A DNA stretch of 64,000 bases from contig NC_043000.1 of NCBI RefSeq assembly GCF_006345805.1, positions 95,170,001 to 95,234,000 on the forward strand, read 5' to 3'. Every line of letters begins with the position of its first letter. Position 1 is the first letter of the stretch. The position numbers were made by a program, and so were the translations under genes. This document shows positions 25,941 to 40,620 of the stretch, in pieces. The notes under the pieces were generated by a model. It ran no database searches and was not told the DNA's origin. It saw only the letters and a program-made list of their open reading frames with translations. This stretch comes from Octopus sinensis. Taxonomy: Eukaryota.

Positions 25941-26945
25941 TATATATATATGTACTCATTTATTTATCTATCTATATATATACACTGTCGAAAATAAATT
26001 TAAGACCAATGATAAAAGTTCTATTTCTTACAAAATATTTTGTTACTAACACCATACAAATTATCTTTATCTTTTACACCTTATGCAGAATTTATTCCTC
26101 TTTCGAATGATGCAGACAATAACTAGGGTAGAAGACCCTTGACCAAAAAACTATAATTGTCAAATTTAATGACAATTATAGATTTCCTTTTTGGTAAAAC
26201 ATTGCATACCCCTGCCTATATTAATTATAGATATATAGATAGATACACATACATGCATACATACATACATACATACATACATACATACATACATACATAC
26301 ATACATACATACATACATACATACATACATACATACATACATACATACATACATACATACATACACTGATGTGCCCCTCTATTAACTGACTATAGTACAC
26401 ATTTTCACGTTTAACACCGATACATTCTCTATATTATTTGCATTTTCTTTCAAGCTCTCCTTTTCTCCTTCTTTCCCCATGTAACGCGTTTCTTTTCTTA
26501 TATTTTCACCCTCATTTTCTGCATTCATTATATTGTTTTCTTTTATCTTGTATTGTTATTTGCTCTACTGCCTCTAAATGAAAATATGTTCTTTTGTTCA
26601 TTATGATTTTCCGTCACCCCAATATAGAATACTATTACTGTAATGCCTAAACACAAGTTGTTTTCCAATCGTTTATATTGCATGAAATTGTTAAATTCCT
26701 GTTTGGTACACTAGGTGGTATTGATTAATATCTAATTAAATGCAAATTTTGACCTGAAACGCAAACTACCATACAATCAATATAGTTTGCTTCATTGACA
26801 TTTAACTCCTCGTTTATAATTGAATGCTGTATTTCTCTTCGCTTAATCAAGCTTCTGTGTTATACATATGTCTATGTGCAGGTGCATGTATGAATACCTA
26901 CATGTGTATTTGTGTGAGTGTGTGTGTATGTGGTATATGCATATA

Positions 26946-27014
<69 letters not shown>

Positions 27015-27022
<8 letters not shown>

Positions 27023-28300
27023 GGGAATATTATTCCAAACTTACAGGGAAAAATTCAATTTAGAAATACTAAATCAAATTTCACAAAATATAATATATAT
27101 ATATATAAATTAGAAAAATACACTTTTTATCAATTCAACAATGAAAAAATTAAATTATACCATATAGGAAAAAATGACATCCTATAGAAAAATATTAAAT
27201 ATAAGATACAAACATATACCAATAATTAAGTAATGTACAAAATAATAAATAAAACGTATATAATTGGTAAAATGACTACACGTGTTTCGTGGCTATATTT
27301 AAGAAATGATAACAGTAAAATCAATTCAATTTAAATATAGCTACTCTTCAGGTCAAAGATAAAAACAATAAATAATATAAATAAGTATACGTATATAAAC
27401 TTGTAAAATACGAAATATCTTAGCAAATATATCCTGGTATAAATAAAAATAGAATAAATAGATATAAATATTTATTATACCTATAAAAATAAAACTTTTA
27501 CTTATATAAGAAAAGAATAACAAACTATAATATATCATTACTAGAAAATAAACTACAAGTAATTAAATTATTTAAAACAAATATATATATAAAATACAAA
27601 ATATACATTAAGTGAAAACTAAAATACTATAATGCAATCTATATACATTAAATTAAATTATTTATTAATTTATTTGTTTATTTAATAAACATTTAAGCTA
27701 AATCTTATTCTAATTAAGTAATATATACTAAAAAAACTTCATGTTAAGTTATATATATAATGCTAGTTCAAGCTATGAATATTAGAATTAAAAATAGAAA
27801 ATGGTTCAAATATATACCCACCTATTATATAAACTTACTATATTATTAATTTATATGTAGTATATATAGATTTAATATTTCACTCACTTATAGAGTTGAC
27901 CAAAATATCAATAATATTAAACTTATTTACTTAAATGTAATACTACGTAACAAATTGACCTCCTAACTATTAAACAATATATTGTCTTACAGAACTATTT
28001 CTCAAAGTAAAATATATGTAATACGTTAAATCACATTATAAAAATAATAATGAACATAATAAATTGAATAGATAAACATATAGTAACTAATAAATTATTA
28101 TCAAGAAATTATATATAAATTAATATTTTAACAATGATAATAATAATGAAACATAATAGAATTCAAAAATTAAATAATATTGTTAAATAAAAAATGTTAT
28201 TTATCTTATCGATGAATATTATGTAACTGAATTTTAAACGTGAAAATGTAGGTCTTAGCGTTTATAAGAAATTAAACTCGTGAAGCCGTTGTGTAAAAGA
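27015..28300 (-). mobile_element. Longer Penelope-like terminal region (pLTR plus about 0.9 kb AT-rich 5' extension) in (TA)n
   Basis: 27015-27400 is paralogous to 24000-24365. It is bounded by (TA)n on both sides and contains a hammerhead. Including the AT-rich extension is inference. Confidence 0.55.
27273..27355 (-). ncRNA. Type I hammerhead ribozyme motif, canonical core
   Basis: Minus strand: TGAC CTGAAGA GTAGCTATATTT...AAATATAGCCAC GAAA C-ACGT-G TA GTCA. Stem I 4 bp, stem II 11 of 12 pairs. Confidence 0.86.
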
Positions 28301-28305
28301 AAATA

Positions 28306-28349
<44 letters not shown>

Positions 28350-28499
28350 TTTGTTCTTTTACTTGATTCATTCATTAGACTGCAGCGGTGTCGAAGCACC
28401 GCCTTGAAGTATTTCAGTCGAATGAATCGACTCCAATGCTTTTTTATTTTTTAAACCTGGTACTTCTATCGGCCTTTTTTGCCGAACTGCTAAGTTAAG

Positions 28500-28575
28500 G
28501 GGTGTAAATACACCAACATCTATATATGTACTTATATATGCATATGTATATACATATATGTGTATGTATATATGC

Positions 28576-28621
<46 letters not shown>

Positions 28622-28680
28622 TATGTACATATGTATATATACACATATATGCATATAAATACATATATATATACATATAT

Positions 28681-28718
<38 letters not shown>

Positions 28719-28747
28719 ATATATAATATATATATATATATACATAT

Positions 28748-28792
<45 letters not shown>

Positions 28793-29150
28793 TATGTACA
28801 TATGTATATATACACATATATGCATATAAATACATATATATATATATACAAATGCATATACATACCTATACAGAAAGAGACATATATACAGATATACAGA
28901 TACACAAACGTATACATGTACATATATTCACATATACATAACTCTATCACGCATAAGTATATATGGATATATACACATACACACAATTATATATATATAT
29001 GTATTCACATACATAGATGCATAAGCACACATAGACACACACATGCATAAGCACACATAGATACTCACACATGCATATATACAAACACCTGCACTCATAT
29101 ATATATATATATATATATACTCACAGCACATACATAAATATATATGTATA
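28500..29150. repeat. Compound (TA)n/(CATA)n/(CA)n low-complexity tract
   Basis: Seen directly. Confidence 0.92.
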
Positions 29151-30395
29151 CGTTAATAGACTGTTACGACCACCGACTTATGCACATAAACACATGTTCA
29201 CATACTCACACAAAAGCATACACATCCTAAAACACAGATAAACCCAAAACATACTTACATACACAAACATACACTTACTTAAGCACATATACACGTTTGT
29301 ACACAAACATAGTGCTCCAGCATGGCCACAGTCAAATGACTGAAACAAGTGAAAGAGTGAAAGAGATATAAACAGGAACAAACCAGATATATACGCATAT
29401 ACATATATGAAACACTAAAATTTTTTAAATATCGTTAAGGAAATATACTACATAGGGGAGAGAAGAAGAAAAAGTATAGAAAGATAGGGAGGGGGAAAGA
29501 GAAAACCAAGTAAAAAGGGAGAACGAGAGAGGAACGGGCAAAATTGTATAGATAAAAGGTCGTAAGAAAGGAAAAGAAGGAAGGAATAAAGGTTATGGGA
29601 AGTAAAATACAAGAATAAACAAAGGATAATTTGCAGAAAATTACTATTTGGTAATGGGCAGATAATATTTGAAATATGCATATAGATACGTCACATTTTC
29701 TAGGGATTCCTATATTTGTAAAAATATCTATTTGATGAGGGTAGTTGTTTATATCCTTCCTGGTGAGTTTGATTCGTATGTGACCATAATTCATCTTGTC
29801 GGGCGTGCCATGATATCCAAGGGTAGATGGAAAATACCTTTCTTTTACATTTTAACTTTTAAATTTTAAATTAAGTTTAGTATATTAATTCTGATTATAT
29901 TAATTTATAAATTAATTCCTGCATATATATTTTCTTCATTTTTCATTTTTAAATGTTTTCCCTTTATATTTTTTCCATATATTTTTTCATATCTTTCCAT
30001 ATCTTCATTCATACTTTTCACGTAACATTCACCTGAATTTTTGTCATTCATATTAGTTTCCATTCGTTTCTTAATCATCCTCTTCATTTGGATATATATA
30101 TCTTTTTAAATTTTTATTCTTATAATTTTATATTTTCTTCTCATTAGTATATATATATTTTTTCGCATTCGTATATAGTTTCTCATTCGTATATATTTTT
30201 CATTTATATATATATTTTTAGGCATAATTCACATTTAATTCTTAATTAATTATAGCTTAAACTGCAGGGTTCAATGAATTTATTTACACATCTATATGTT
30301 TTGACACACTAGGAATTTATTTATACATCTGTATAGTTTGATATACCTTTAAGTTGAAATATATAATGATAGATAAAATTATAAACGGGGGAAAG

Positions 30396-30495
30396 GTGGA
30401 CTTGAAAATTGGGGTTGTATATAAGGGGAGGTTCTGTAAGAGACTTCGTGTCTCAAGAACATAGTATACAACCTCATTAAACACGTGTAGTCGAC
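30396..30495 (+). ncRNA. Decayed hammerhead ribozyme relic
   Basis: GTGGAC TTGAAAA T-TGGGGTTGTATA...TATACAACCTCA-T TAAA C-ACGT-G TA GTCGAC. Helices I-III are retained, but the core has C3T, G8A and G12T, so it is predicted inactive. Confidence 0.65.
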
Positions 30496-30604
30496 AACTT
30501 TGAACATGAATAGTAAGTATTAAATATAATATTCTCTGACATGGTTGAATTTATATTCTGATTTGATGAATTTATGGGGATTTCTGTCTCTAATGATACC
30601 TTGT

Positions 30605-30636
<32 letters not shown>

Positions 30637-31222
30637 GTATGTGCGTATATAGACGTGTGTATGAACCTTTTTTGTGCGTGTGTGTGTGTATGTGTGCGAG
30701 CGTGTACGCAGGTATGTATATATTTTTTGGCTAATGTGTGGGTGAGCATGTGTGAGTTTCAAGTGAGGGTGGATGAGTATATACTTATAAGCGCATGTAC
30801 GTGGGTGTGCGGGTGCGCATGTGTATGTATGGACATACACGCTTTCGCGAATACTATAAACCTTTTACTCCCTTACCTTTACTCCATCCCCTTACTTAGC
30901 GGTCATTCAAATAGCTCTTTTGTCTTAATAACGGTCAATCACACAGTAATTTCCATTTGTTTAACGGCCATTTTCATAGCATTTTTTCGATGGCCCGATA
31001 ACTGAAAAGATGGCGGCGTGGGTATCCGCCCCGGCATCCAAAACTCGGTGTTTTATCATGGCTACCGGATAATTGTCACATATTATATTTACAGATATAT
31101 ATATGTGTGTATGTGTGTGTGTATGTATGTATGTATGGATATTATAATTCAAAATGTAATGTATATTATAATATATATATGCATGTATGTATAATTTAAA
31201 GAATTTAATATGTGTGTGTGTT

Positions 31223-31281
<59 letters not shown>

Positions 31282-31403
31282 TGTGTATGTGTATTATATT
31301 TGCAAAATTTAATGTGTGTGTGTATACATGTGTGTGTATACATGTGTGTGTATGTACGTATTCGTAAATTTTGGGGGGAATTTAATGCTTGTGTGTGTAT
31401 ATA

Positions 31404-31445
<42 letters not shown>

Positions 31446-32735
31446 GTATGGAGAAACAGATGGTTCATGAATATACGTGCGCATTTATGCATGTGTTATG
31501 TAGTTTTTACATATACAAATCCGTATGGCTGGCTTTTTATGTTTTCGGCGGCGCTCACGTTTTTGACTAATGCTGAAAATATCGAGAAAGTAGTAGGCAA
31601 ACTGATGTACAGTAAAGCCAAATATACATTTTCGTTTACATATTTACATATGTAGACACTATATCGCCTAACAAGATTTACTAAAGCGCTGCAGCCCGTA
31701 TAATAATTTTTGATACAACTTTCTACATAAATCCTGTTTTGCGATGGAATGCTTTTATAGGATTAAATCTAGAGGTTCATGTTTGTGGGATCCTCTTAAC
31801 GAAATGCCACATACAAATACTCTGTTCTTGTATCTTAACCTTGGTACAATCGTATACAAACAAGACGCGTGTTAATCCTTAATAGACGAGATCTAATGGA
31901 AAATAGATTTTTGCTTTTCTAAATAAACTTCCTTGGCTGTGTCAGTGGTGAGGGAAACAGATAGACCACCTGTGCGAAAGACAGACTGTGTATGAAAGGC
32001 TGTGGAGTGAGGGAGATTGAATATGTTAATGAAGAGACGTAAAGAGAAGAGGAAGAAGAAGGGAGGAGGAAGAGGGGAGAGAGTTAGGGAGGGCAAAGTG
32101 GGGCAGAGAAAGGTGTAAACGAAAACACTGAAAGAAAAAGAATAAAACAAATAGAATAAATAATTAGAGCAACAACAGAAGAATGTAAATTGGACAGAGT
32201 GAGAGTGAAAAGTTAAGAGGAAGAGTACCGGACAGAGTGAGAAGAAGCAAGAGGAAGAAAAAGAGAGAGGAGGAGGAGGAGGAGAGAGTAAAAAATGTTT
32301 GCTAGAACTTTATTGTTTTTTATTTAGGCACAAGGCCAGCACTTTTGATGGAAGGGTTTAGTCGAGTTCATGGATCTCAGGATTTTGACTGGTACTTTAT
32401 TTTATAGACCCTGGAAAGATGAAAGACAAAGATGACCTCGGCGTAAATTGAATTCGGATTGCAAAGAGCTGGAATGTTAGAACTTGATCGAGTATATAGC
32501 TTCAATGATAGATATTGATTTCAAATTTTGACACAAGACCAGCACTTTCGGGGGAGTAGGTTAATCGATTACTGGTAATTATTTTATCGACTCCGGAAAG
32601 GATAAAAAGCAAAGTTGACCTCGGAGGAATTTGAACTCAGAACGTAAAGACGGACGAAATGACTTTAGGCATTTTCGCCCGACTTGCTAACGATTCTACC
32701 AGCTCGCCACCTTATTAATAGATATTCAAGTAATA

Positions 32736-33991
32736 CGAGGACCGGCTGAAAAAGTTTATGGGCTGACCAAGATACTCTCATGGAATGTGACCAGATGAGG
32801 TTTACTTTTCAACATAATACCCCTTGCAGTACACACACTTCTTCCATCAGTGTTGCAGAGTTTGGATCTCATTGATGAAAGAGCTTTCATCCTCTTGTTC
32901 AAAAAACTCATCAACAGCAGATATAATGTGATCATCACTGCGACACTGGTTCCCAGCCAAGTGTCTTTTCATGTTGGAGACAGTTGATAGTCAGATGGAA
33001 CCAAACTAGGAGAATAGTGATGGTGATCAACCATTTCAAAGCCACAGTCATGCACAGCATCCATTGAAACTAAGGACTTGTTAGCTGGAAGTTTGTCATA
33101 ATGAAATAAAACCCCTTTCGTCCTTTTTTAGTTTTCTTGGGTGTTTGGTCTTGATAGCCTTTGATAGCTACCTCACCAAGTTGGCATAGCACTTTCCATT
33201 CACAGTGTGGTCCTTTTGAAGATAGTTAATAAATACGATGCCTTTTGCATCTCAAAAAACTGAGGCCATCACCTTCCCTGCAGATGGTGACGACCTTAGC
33301 TTTGTTTGGAACAGATGAGGAGGGATATTTCCACCGCGTAGATTGGTTCTTTGTCTATGGCTCAAAGTGATGAACTCAACGCTCATCCTGGCTTAGGAAA
33401 CATTAAAAAAAACCAGCCTGGATCTGACTGAAACAATGTCACATTTTCCTGTGATGTGATCAGCCTAGTGCACTTTTGATCAGTAGTTCCACCCACCGAG
33501 CAGAAACCTTCGTCATGCCAAGTTCATGATACAGAATATCCTCAACTGTCTCACGGAGTATGCTGATATCGTTGGTTATTTGATTTATAGTCAGTCGCTT
33601 GCCATCAATCACGGTGTTGTCATGGATGACAGGTGATTAAGTCATCTTCAACACTCTCCCTTTCCCTCCTAAATTCAGTTGCCCACTTTTGCACCGTTGA
33701 CAAAGCTGGAGCGTCATCCCCTAATGGAGCAAGTATATCAGCATGAATGTCGTTGGGGGCTAAACCCTTTTTCTGAAGTACTTGATTAGACCACGATGCC
33801 AAATTTTGTCCAGTTCAAGAGAAGTCACAACTAGTTAGGTTTGAAGTCTTCTTTGAACAGTTAGACATCAGTTCACTTGGAAAAAACAATGCAGTTATTT
33901 ATTAGGAGAGTTGAAATTAATGCATGCGAGTATTCACAGCTCTTCTATCACTCCTTCATAGTCGGCCTGCGAACTTTTCAGCCCACCCTCG
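32736..33991 (-). mobile_element. Full-length decayed mariner (Tc1/mariner) transposon
   Basis: Imperfect TIRs CGAGGACCGGCTGAAAAAGTT and AACTTTTCAGCCCACCCTCG, with TA at the left end. Disrupted transposase on the minus strand (LGDDAPALSTVQKWATEFRRERESVEDD; PHLVTFH corresponds to the SPDLAPSDFH region). Confidence 0.9.
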
Positions 33992-35231
33992 TTATTAAAC
34001 TTTGAGAGTAAAAATACAGATTATAATTTTGATTACTTTTGACTCATTTAAAATTTTGCATCAAGCTGAGTAGAAAGTCGATCAAACTTACATAGCCAGT
34101 CCACTTGCTAAAGAAAAGGCTGCTAAATATCCCTTAAATTACACACCACTGTAACAAAAGAGGTCACAAAATGTAATGTAGTTCAGGAAAATGAGTCGTT
34201 ATTGCATCGCATAAAATGTCTTACGATATATGTTCCGGCGCTCTGCATTGTGGGTTGAAATCCAACCGGAGTCAACGTTGTCTTACATTGACTGTCATCC
34301 ATTCAGAGCAGACAAAGGAAATACTTGCCGGATTCTGTTGCAGCTCTTCCTTTCTCTTTTCGGCTGAATGTTCCGCTTGGTCAATGTTGTGAGGACCGTG
34401 AGAACGTCTATGCCTGTTTGTTACTACATAAACACCTAAAATAATTAGCACAAGAATGGGACGTGTTATCTAATTATCTTCGATTCCGTGAGATGGCTAT
34501 AGCTTTGGAAAATAATATGGGATAGTCACGATGACACGACTTAAATCATAGGTTCGCTCGATCAAGGCTTAACTGGAAATATACAACTGATACTTATTTT
34601 ATCAAGAAACTTAAAGTGATCGAATCTTTATTCTCCTATATATATCTTATATATCCTACAAATCCTATATTACGATATAAAAAAATCTTAACGTGTGCCT
34701 GAGTGAAGCTATATTGGTAACGTTGAAAATGGATAGCGATGGCGGTGGTGGTATAAAAATATCTAGCCAACCTGGACTAATCTTGTAATTTATATTGAAC
34801 ATACGCCATTATTGCCGTTGTTCTTTCTACTTAACATTTTAAAACGTTCCTGTCGATTTGAACTGCGACATGCACAATGCTGCAATAGGAAGTTTGCCGT
34901 AAAGCGATTCCGTGACTTGGTTTCTCGTTGAAAGTGTTCTCTTTTTGTTGGGTTTTTCCTTCTGTATGCAATTTTTTGTTGCTTTTTTTTTTGGCAAAGA
35001 CATAAGCATTGTGATACATTATTCTTATTCCTCCTCTCCTATTAATTCTATCAATCTTGTGATTCGTGTTTATGTGAGAAATCATTTTCGGGCAAGCTAT
35101 GCTATATTTTTTACAATTGCTAATTCCAAATGTTCTTGAACTGAATACAAACTCACATAAGAGTATATCCTTCAGATTCAAGTTTAGATAACACAGAAAT
35201 GGTAAAATATATAAAATGTTAAGAAGTTTTC

Positions 35232-35301
<70 letters not shown>

Positions 35302-37819
35302 AGAGAGAGAGAGAGAGAAGGAGAAGGGGTTACAGGAAGTTTCCAATTCTATATGGAATATTAGCGTAGAATAAAAAACGAAATACTTGAGGGGGGTGAC
35401 ATTATTTGAGTTGTATAAAAGGGACGCGATTGGACGCGAAAAGCAAATGGACGCAGACTTGGATCTGCAACTACGTGGTTCTCCGTTCAATCTCACTGCG
35501 TCTTGTCTTGTTTTCTATCATAACTACAGATTGACCAAGTAGAAGTGAGAAAAGCTGGAAGGTACGCTGAAACCGAAGATTTGACCAGAATGATAGCAAC
35601 AGTAGAGTGGACTCTGCTAAAGTCACCCAGTGCCAAATGTTAGTGTTAAACAAAACGACAGATTACGTCTTTCACTGTAGCTACAAAACACGAAGAAAAC
35701 GAAGTATGTCATATCTTCCAGAATACTAACAAATATAAAACAGAAGTTGAAGTAATGGGTATTTGTAAGAAAAAGTAGAAACAACAGAAACTGCCTTAAT
35801 ATATATCAACTAAGCTCAATATAGGACTACAGAATGTCTTGTTTTCTTGTTTCGATCTTGCAGAAACTACACCAACAGTAACAGTAGCAGCTGCACTGTC
35901 ATAAATAACAACAATTTCAGCATCAACAACGACAACAGCAACTATAAGAGAACATCCCAAACAATATGACAAAAGCAGAAATTACACATCCCAGAAGGAT
36001 TATTTCACTACTGCGATTGAAACAAACTCGTCTGGCTTCACAAGCCCATCAAAATACAAACAGTCACACACGCATGCACCCACATATACACACATACTTC
36101 TTTGCATTGTTTCGGGCATCTTTAAAAAGAACAGCTACCAGCTCTCTTTCAAATAACACCGTGCTGTCTTAACCATTTACCTGTCTTATGTTTCACATGT
36201 GCTACAAAGGACATCTTTTCCTGGCGACCGTGCATGATGTACACATTCCTAATTTTTTTTTTCAACCACCAGAGTCACTTCGGACTCATGTAAGTGAAGC
36301 TTTATATTAAACAGAATGTATGAAACACGGGCTAGCTAAAAGTCTGAAAACAAGCATGGATATTTAGGATAAATTTATGAAAACATTTAGCACAGGCAAT
36401 GGGTTGAAAATAAGGACACATTGGGTAATATAGGGTACTGCCTGAAAAGAAAAGATGGGAGGATCACGGCCAGTATGCTTTGGGTTGTAGGTCAGCTTGA
36501 TAAGAGCTGGTATATAGCTAGATAATAACAACTGATGTCTTATGTCTGGAAGCAGATTTGTTTACTACCAAGCCAAACGATAAAAGCTATGATCTTAAAA
36601 GAAAACTGTTCAGTCACTTTGCTTGCGGCATAATCCAAGATTTTAAATTAGTAAGCTGATGGGAACTGTCCTTCTCGATAGGTGATCATGGATGTTTATC
36701 TTCGAGCGATACGCGTTACATATATCGATTCACCTCAATACATATCTAAATGTATGATTTTCTGATATCGCTATAGAGCTATTTCTAGAACTGAATGAAT
36801 ATTGAAAACAGTTTACACGCCAAAAAATAACAACAAAACGAAAATGTCAATTTTGGGCATTCAAATCTTGCAATAAGCGATTTGTTTCCTCTAACCAGAT
36901 TTTCACCAATTTGTTTTTTAATTTCTTCCACAGCTGAATTACACTAACTTCAAGATCAAGATTCTCTCTAAAGGGTAAACTAAATATCATCGGAAAGTAC
37001 GTTTTTCTGTCCATTCCCTCATTAGAAACAATCGCGCCTACATAAACATACACGCTCGCACACACTTACACTCATATGCCGTAAAAAGATTAGATAAATG
37101 TACTGGTGTGTTTACTTATTGTGGTTAAATATCCAAACTTGATAACAAACTATTATTATTGGAGCCGGTAAGGTGGCTAGCTGGCAGAACTGTTGGTGCG
37201 CCGGGCAAAAAGCTTAGCGGTGTTTCACCTGTTATTACGTCCTGAGCTCAAATTCCTCCGAGGTCGATTTTGGCCTTCATCCTTTCGGGGTGGATAAAAT
37301 AAGTACCAGTTGAAAACTGGTAGTGGTGGGGAGGGGGGCAATGTAATCGACTTTTCACCTCCCCCGAATTTGCTGGCCTTGTGCCAAATTTTGAAACCAT
37401 TATTACAGGAGTTGACAGAATCGTCGACGAATCAAACAAAATGTATTTTTTTCGGTTCCTTGAAATGCAATCCAGACTGACTTTACTTTTCAAACTTTCG
37501 GAGTCAATGAATTAAGCACTGAATTTGAACTCAGAAAATGAAGCCAGAAGAAATGCCGCTAAACATTTTGTCCGGCGTGTAACACTTCTACCATCTAACC
37601 TCCTTAAAGCCAATAATAATATTAATGATACTTTTTTCTATTATATGAAATTTTGGCGGGAGGGGACTAGTCGATTACACACCCACCCCCCGCCTCCGAA
37701 ATGATGAAAGGCAAAATCAATCACGGCGGAATTTGAACTCAGAACGTAAAGACGGACGAAATGCTTAGCGGCATTTCGCCCGGCGTGCTAATGATTCTGC
37801 CAGCTCACTCGCTTTAAGA

Positions 37820-37839
37820 CCAAAAACAACAACAACAAC

Positions 37840-37889
<50 letters not shown>

Positions 37890-37900
37890 TAATAATAATA
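37820..37900. repeat. (AAC)n/(AAT)n microsatellite
   Basis: Seen directly. Confidence 0.95.
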
Positions 37901-38309
37901 ATCCTTTCTACTAAAGGCACAATGCCTTGAAATATAATGGGGAGGGGGGATAGTCGATTACATCGACCCCAGTACTTGACTGGTACTTAATTTATCGACC
38001 CTGAAAGTATGAAAGCAAAGTCGACCTCGGTGGATTTTGAACTCAGAACGTAAAGGCAAACGAAATGCTTAACGGCATTTCGCCCGAAGTGCTAGGGATT
38101 CTACCAACAACAACAACAACATAATAATAATAATAATAATATAATAATAATAATAATAATAATATAATAATAATAATACTGATAATGGTTTAAAATTTTA
38201 GCACAAGGCCAATAATTTTGGGAGTTAGAGTAAGTCGATTACATCGACCCCAGAGCTCAAATGGCACTTGTTATCAACCCCGAAAGGATTATTATTATTA
38301 TTATTATTA

Positions 38310-38780
38310 TTGAGTGAGAGAGCAGTTCATGCCATCAAAGTGACACTGGGGTAAAATATACGAAGCCCAATATACCCATCATGACTACCCGTCTGATAAA
38401 GGTACACCAGGCACATGCATCACAACCATATGTGCGCGACATGGTGATCTCATATCAAGATAAACAACACATGACCTTGCAGGTGGGGCCCAGTTAGAAT
38501 TTTCTTCAGGTTGAGTAGCCCATCCTGCTCAAACGGTCCCTGAATAAGGGTTGCTTTAGGATGTTGAACGAAACACCTATGTTTCCAGAGGTGAACCATT
38601 CAAACTCCAAAGAATCCCTCTCAACACATGGCCATGATGCTCCCCCACTACTTCTGCTCGTGATCAGAGATGCACATATCGTCAGCCACTAAGGGACATG
38701 CTCAACTGGTTAAGGTCAAACAACTGACAAGCAAACCTGTGGTATTGAGCAGAATATTTGCTGTAGCCCATCTTTTATAC
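38310..38780. mobile_element. Interspersed repeat of unassigned class
   Basis: Partial second copy at about 20470-20640 (CCAAAGAATCCCTCTCAA...GTGGTATTGAGCAGAATATTTGCT). Confidence 0.6.
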
Positions 38781-38794
38781 CATTATTATTATTA

Positions 38795-38825
<31 letters not shown>

Positions 38826-39217
38826 GTTATTATTATTATTATTATCATCATCATCATCATCGTCATTATTATTATTATTATTATGTAATATGGCATCGGA
38901 AAAAAATACAAGTTGTACTCCAGTATCATGATGGCGACAATTGGAATGATGACGGCTAGGATCAGATGTAAGACGAAGTGGTAGGATGTGAGAACAGAAA
39001 AGGAATAGTAGTAATGATGAAGGTGATGATGGTCATGGTTGTGAAGAGGACGAACGGGGGGATGAGGAGGATGACGATAATGACGATGGTGATGATGATG
39101 ATGATCGCGATGCCATAAACTTCACGTATTGTCTTTAGCTGATCCGTTAAATACGAATACACGAATATTGTGTAAATGGCAATTGATTTAATGGGAGGAA
39201 AATTATGCAAGCGACAT

Positions 39218-39271
<54 letters not shown>

Positions 39272-39833
39272 AATTAGTAGTGGTGGTGGTGGTACTAATA
39301 TGAATGGGAGTTTTTCAAATTGCTTAAAAAGAACGGTAAAAGATCGTCAGTTCCTGAGAGAGGAGCAAGCATAAGACGATATGAAGAGGTTTAAAGGTGG
39401 TTCATAATTACCTTCGTTTGCACACTGTTAACAAACAGAACGAGCACTTAAGGTAAAGCACACACACCAATTCACAACAAATGGTTTCTGAAGTACTAGA
39501 ACTGTTCGATTTGCTTCCGATTCTGAATGAAAGCATTTATGATTTTACACTTGTAGAGAATCCTACTTTTAATGTATGATGTTCACTTAAAGCAAGTTTT
39601 ATCATCGCCATCATTACTGTTAACACTACAAACGTCGCTTTACGCTGGTTTTTAAAAAGCAATCAAGTAGTAACAACAGGACATTACAGCGCAGCACCGC
39701 GCCAAATCCCTTTCAATATTTAGCTGCGATTGCTATAGTTGTTGTTGTTCAGCCTTCTATTAACGAACAACAACAAGATCAAATTCCATGTTTTTTTTTC
39801 TTTTTTCCCCTCCTTTCTTTTTCTTTCTAATTA

Positions 39834-39976
39834 GGCGCAGGGGTGGCTGTGTGGTAAGCAGCTTGCTTACGAACCACATGGTTCTGTGTTCAGTCCCACT
39901 ACGTGGCACCTTGAGCAAATGTCTTCTACTATAGCCTCGGGATTTGGTAGACGGAAACTGAATGAAGCCCGTCGTA
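39834..39976 (+). mobile_element. tRNA-derived SINE, internally deleted
   Basis: GGCGCAGGGGTGGCTGTGTGGTAAG head; same family as 11518-11670. Confidence 0.8.
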
Positions 39977-39980
39977 TATA

Positions 39981-40016
<36 letters not shown>

Positions 40017-40154
40017 TTCCCCCAACATCACTTGACAACTGATACTGGTGTGTTTACGTCCCCGTAACTTAGCGGTTCGGCAAAAGAGATCGATAGAATA
40101 AGTACTAGGCTTACAAAGAATATCTTTGAAACCAATATATTATAATTGATGTTC

Positions 40155-40620
40155 AGGTGGTGGTGGAGGTGGTGGTGGTGGTGGTGGTGGTGGTGGTGGT
40201 GGTGGTGGTGGTGGTGTGGTGATGGTGGTGGGGATGTGGGTGAAAATGATAGTGATGGAGGTGAAGGTGGTAGTGAGCGGGGTAGTGGTGGTGATGGTGA
40301 GATGATATTTGTAGTGGTCGTAGTAATTGTGGTGTTTAATGGTGATGATGTCGTAGTTTGGTTGTGATGTTGGTGGTGGCTGATGATAATGTTGCTATTG
40401 GTGTTGTTTTTGTAGTGGTGAAGGTGGTGGTGATGTTGGTGATGATGGTGGTGGTGGTGGTGGTGGTGGTTGTAACGATTCTTATTACTATTGTCGTGGT
40501 GATTGTGGATATGGTGGTGATGATGGTGGTGGTGGTGGTGGTAGTCTTGGTCGTCGTGCTCGTGATGGTGGTGGTGGTGGTGGTGGTGGTGGTGGTGGTG
40601 ATGGTGGTGGTAGTGGCGGT
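40155..40620. repeat. (GGT)n/(GAT)n degenerate trinucleotide tract
   Basis: Seen directly; source of the poly-His/Val/Trp ORFs. Confidence 0.95.

Noticed and set aside
27400-28300. Possible mitochondrial control-region insertion (NUMT)
   Set aside because: Very AT-rich, but no mitochondrial tRNA, rRNA or protein sequence was recognised. It is contiguous with a hammerhead-bearing pLTR.
38535-38590. CTGAATAAGGG...CGAAACACC in the 38.3-38.8 kb repeat
   Set aside because: The core deviates at G8 without compensation, and there is no stem I or II pairing.
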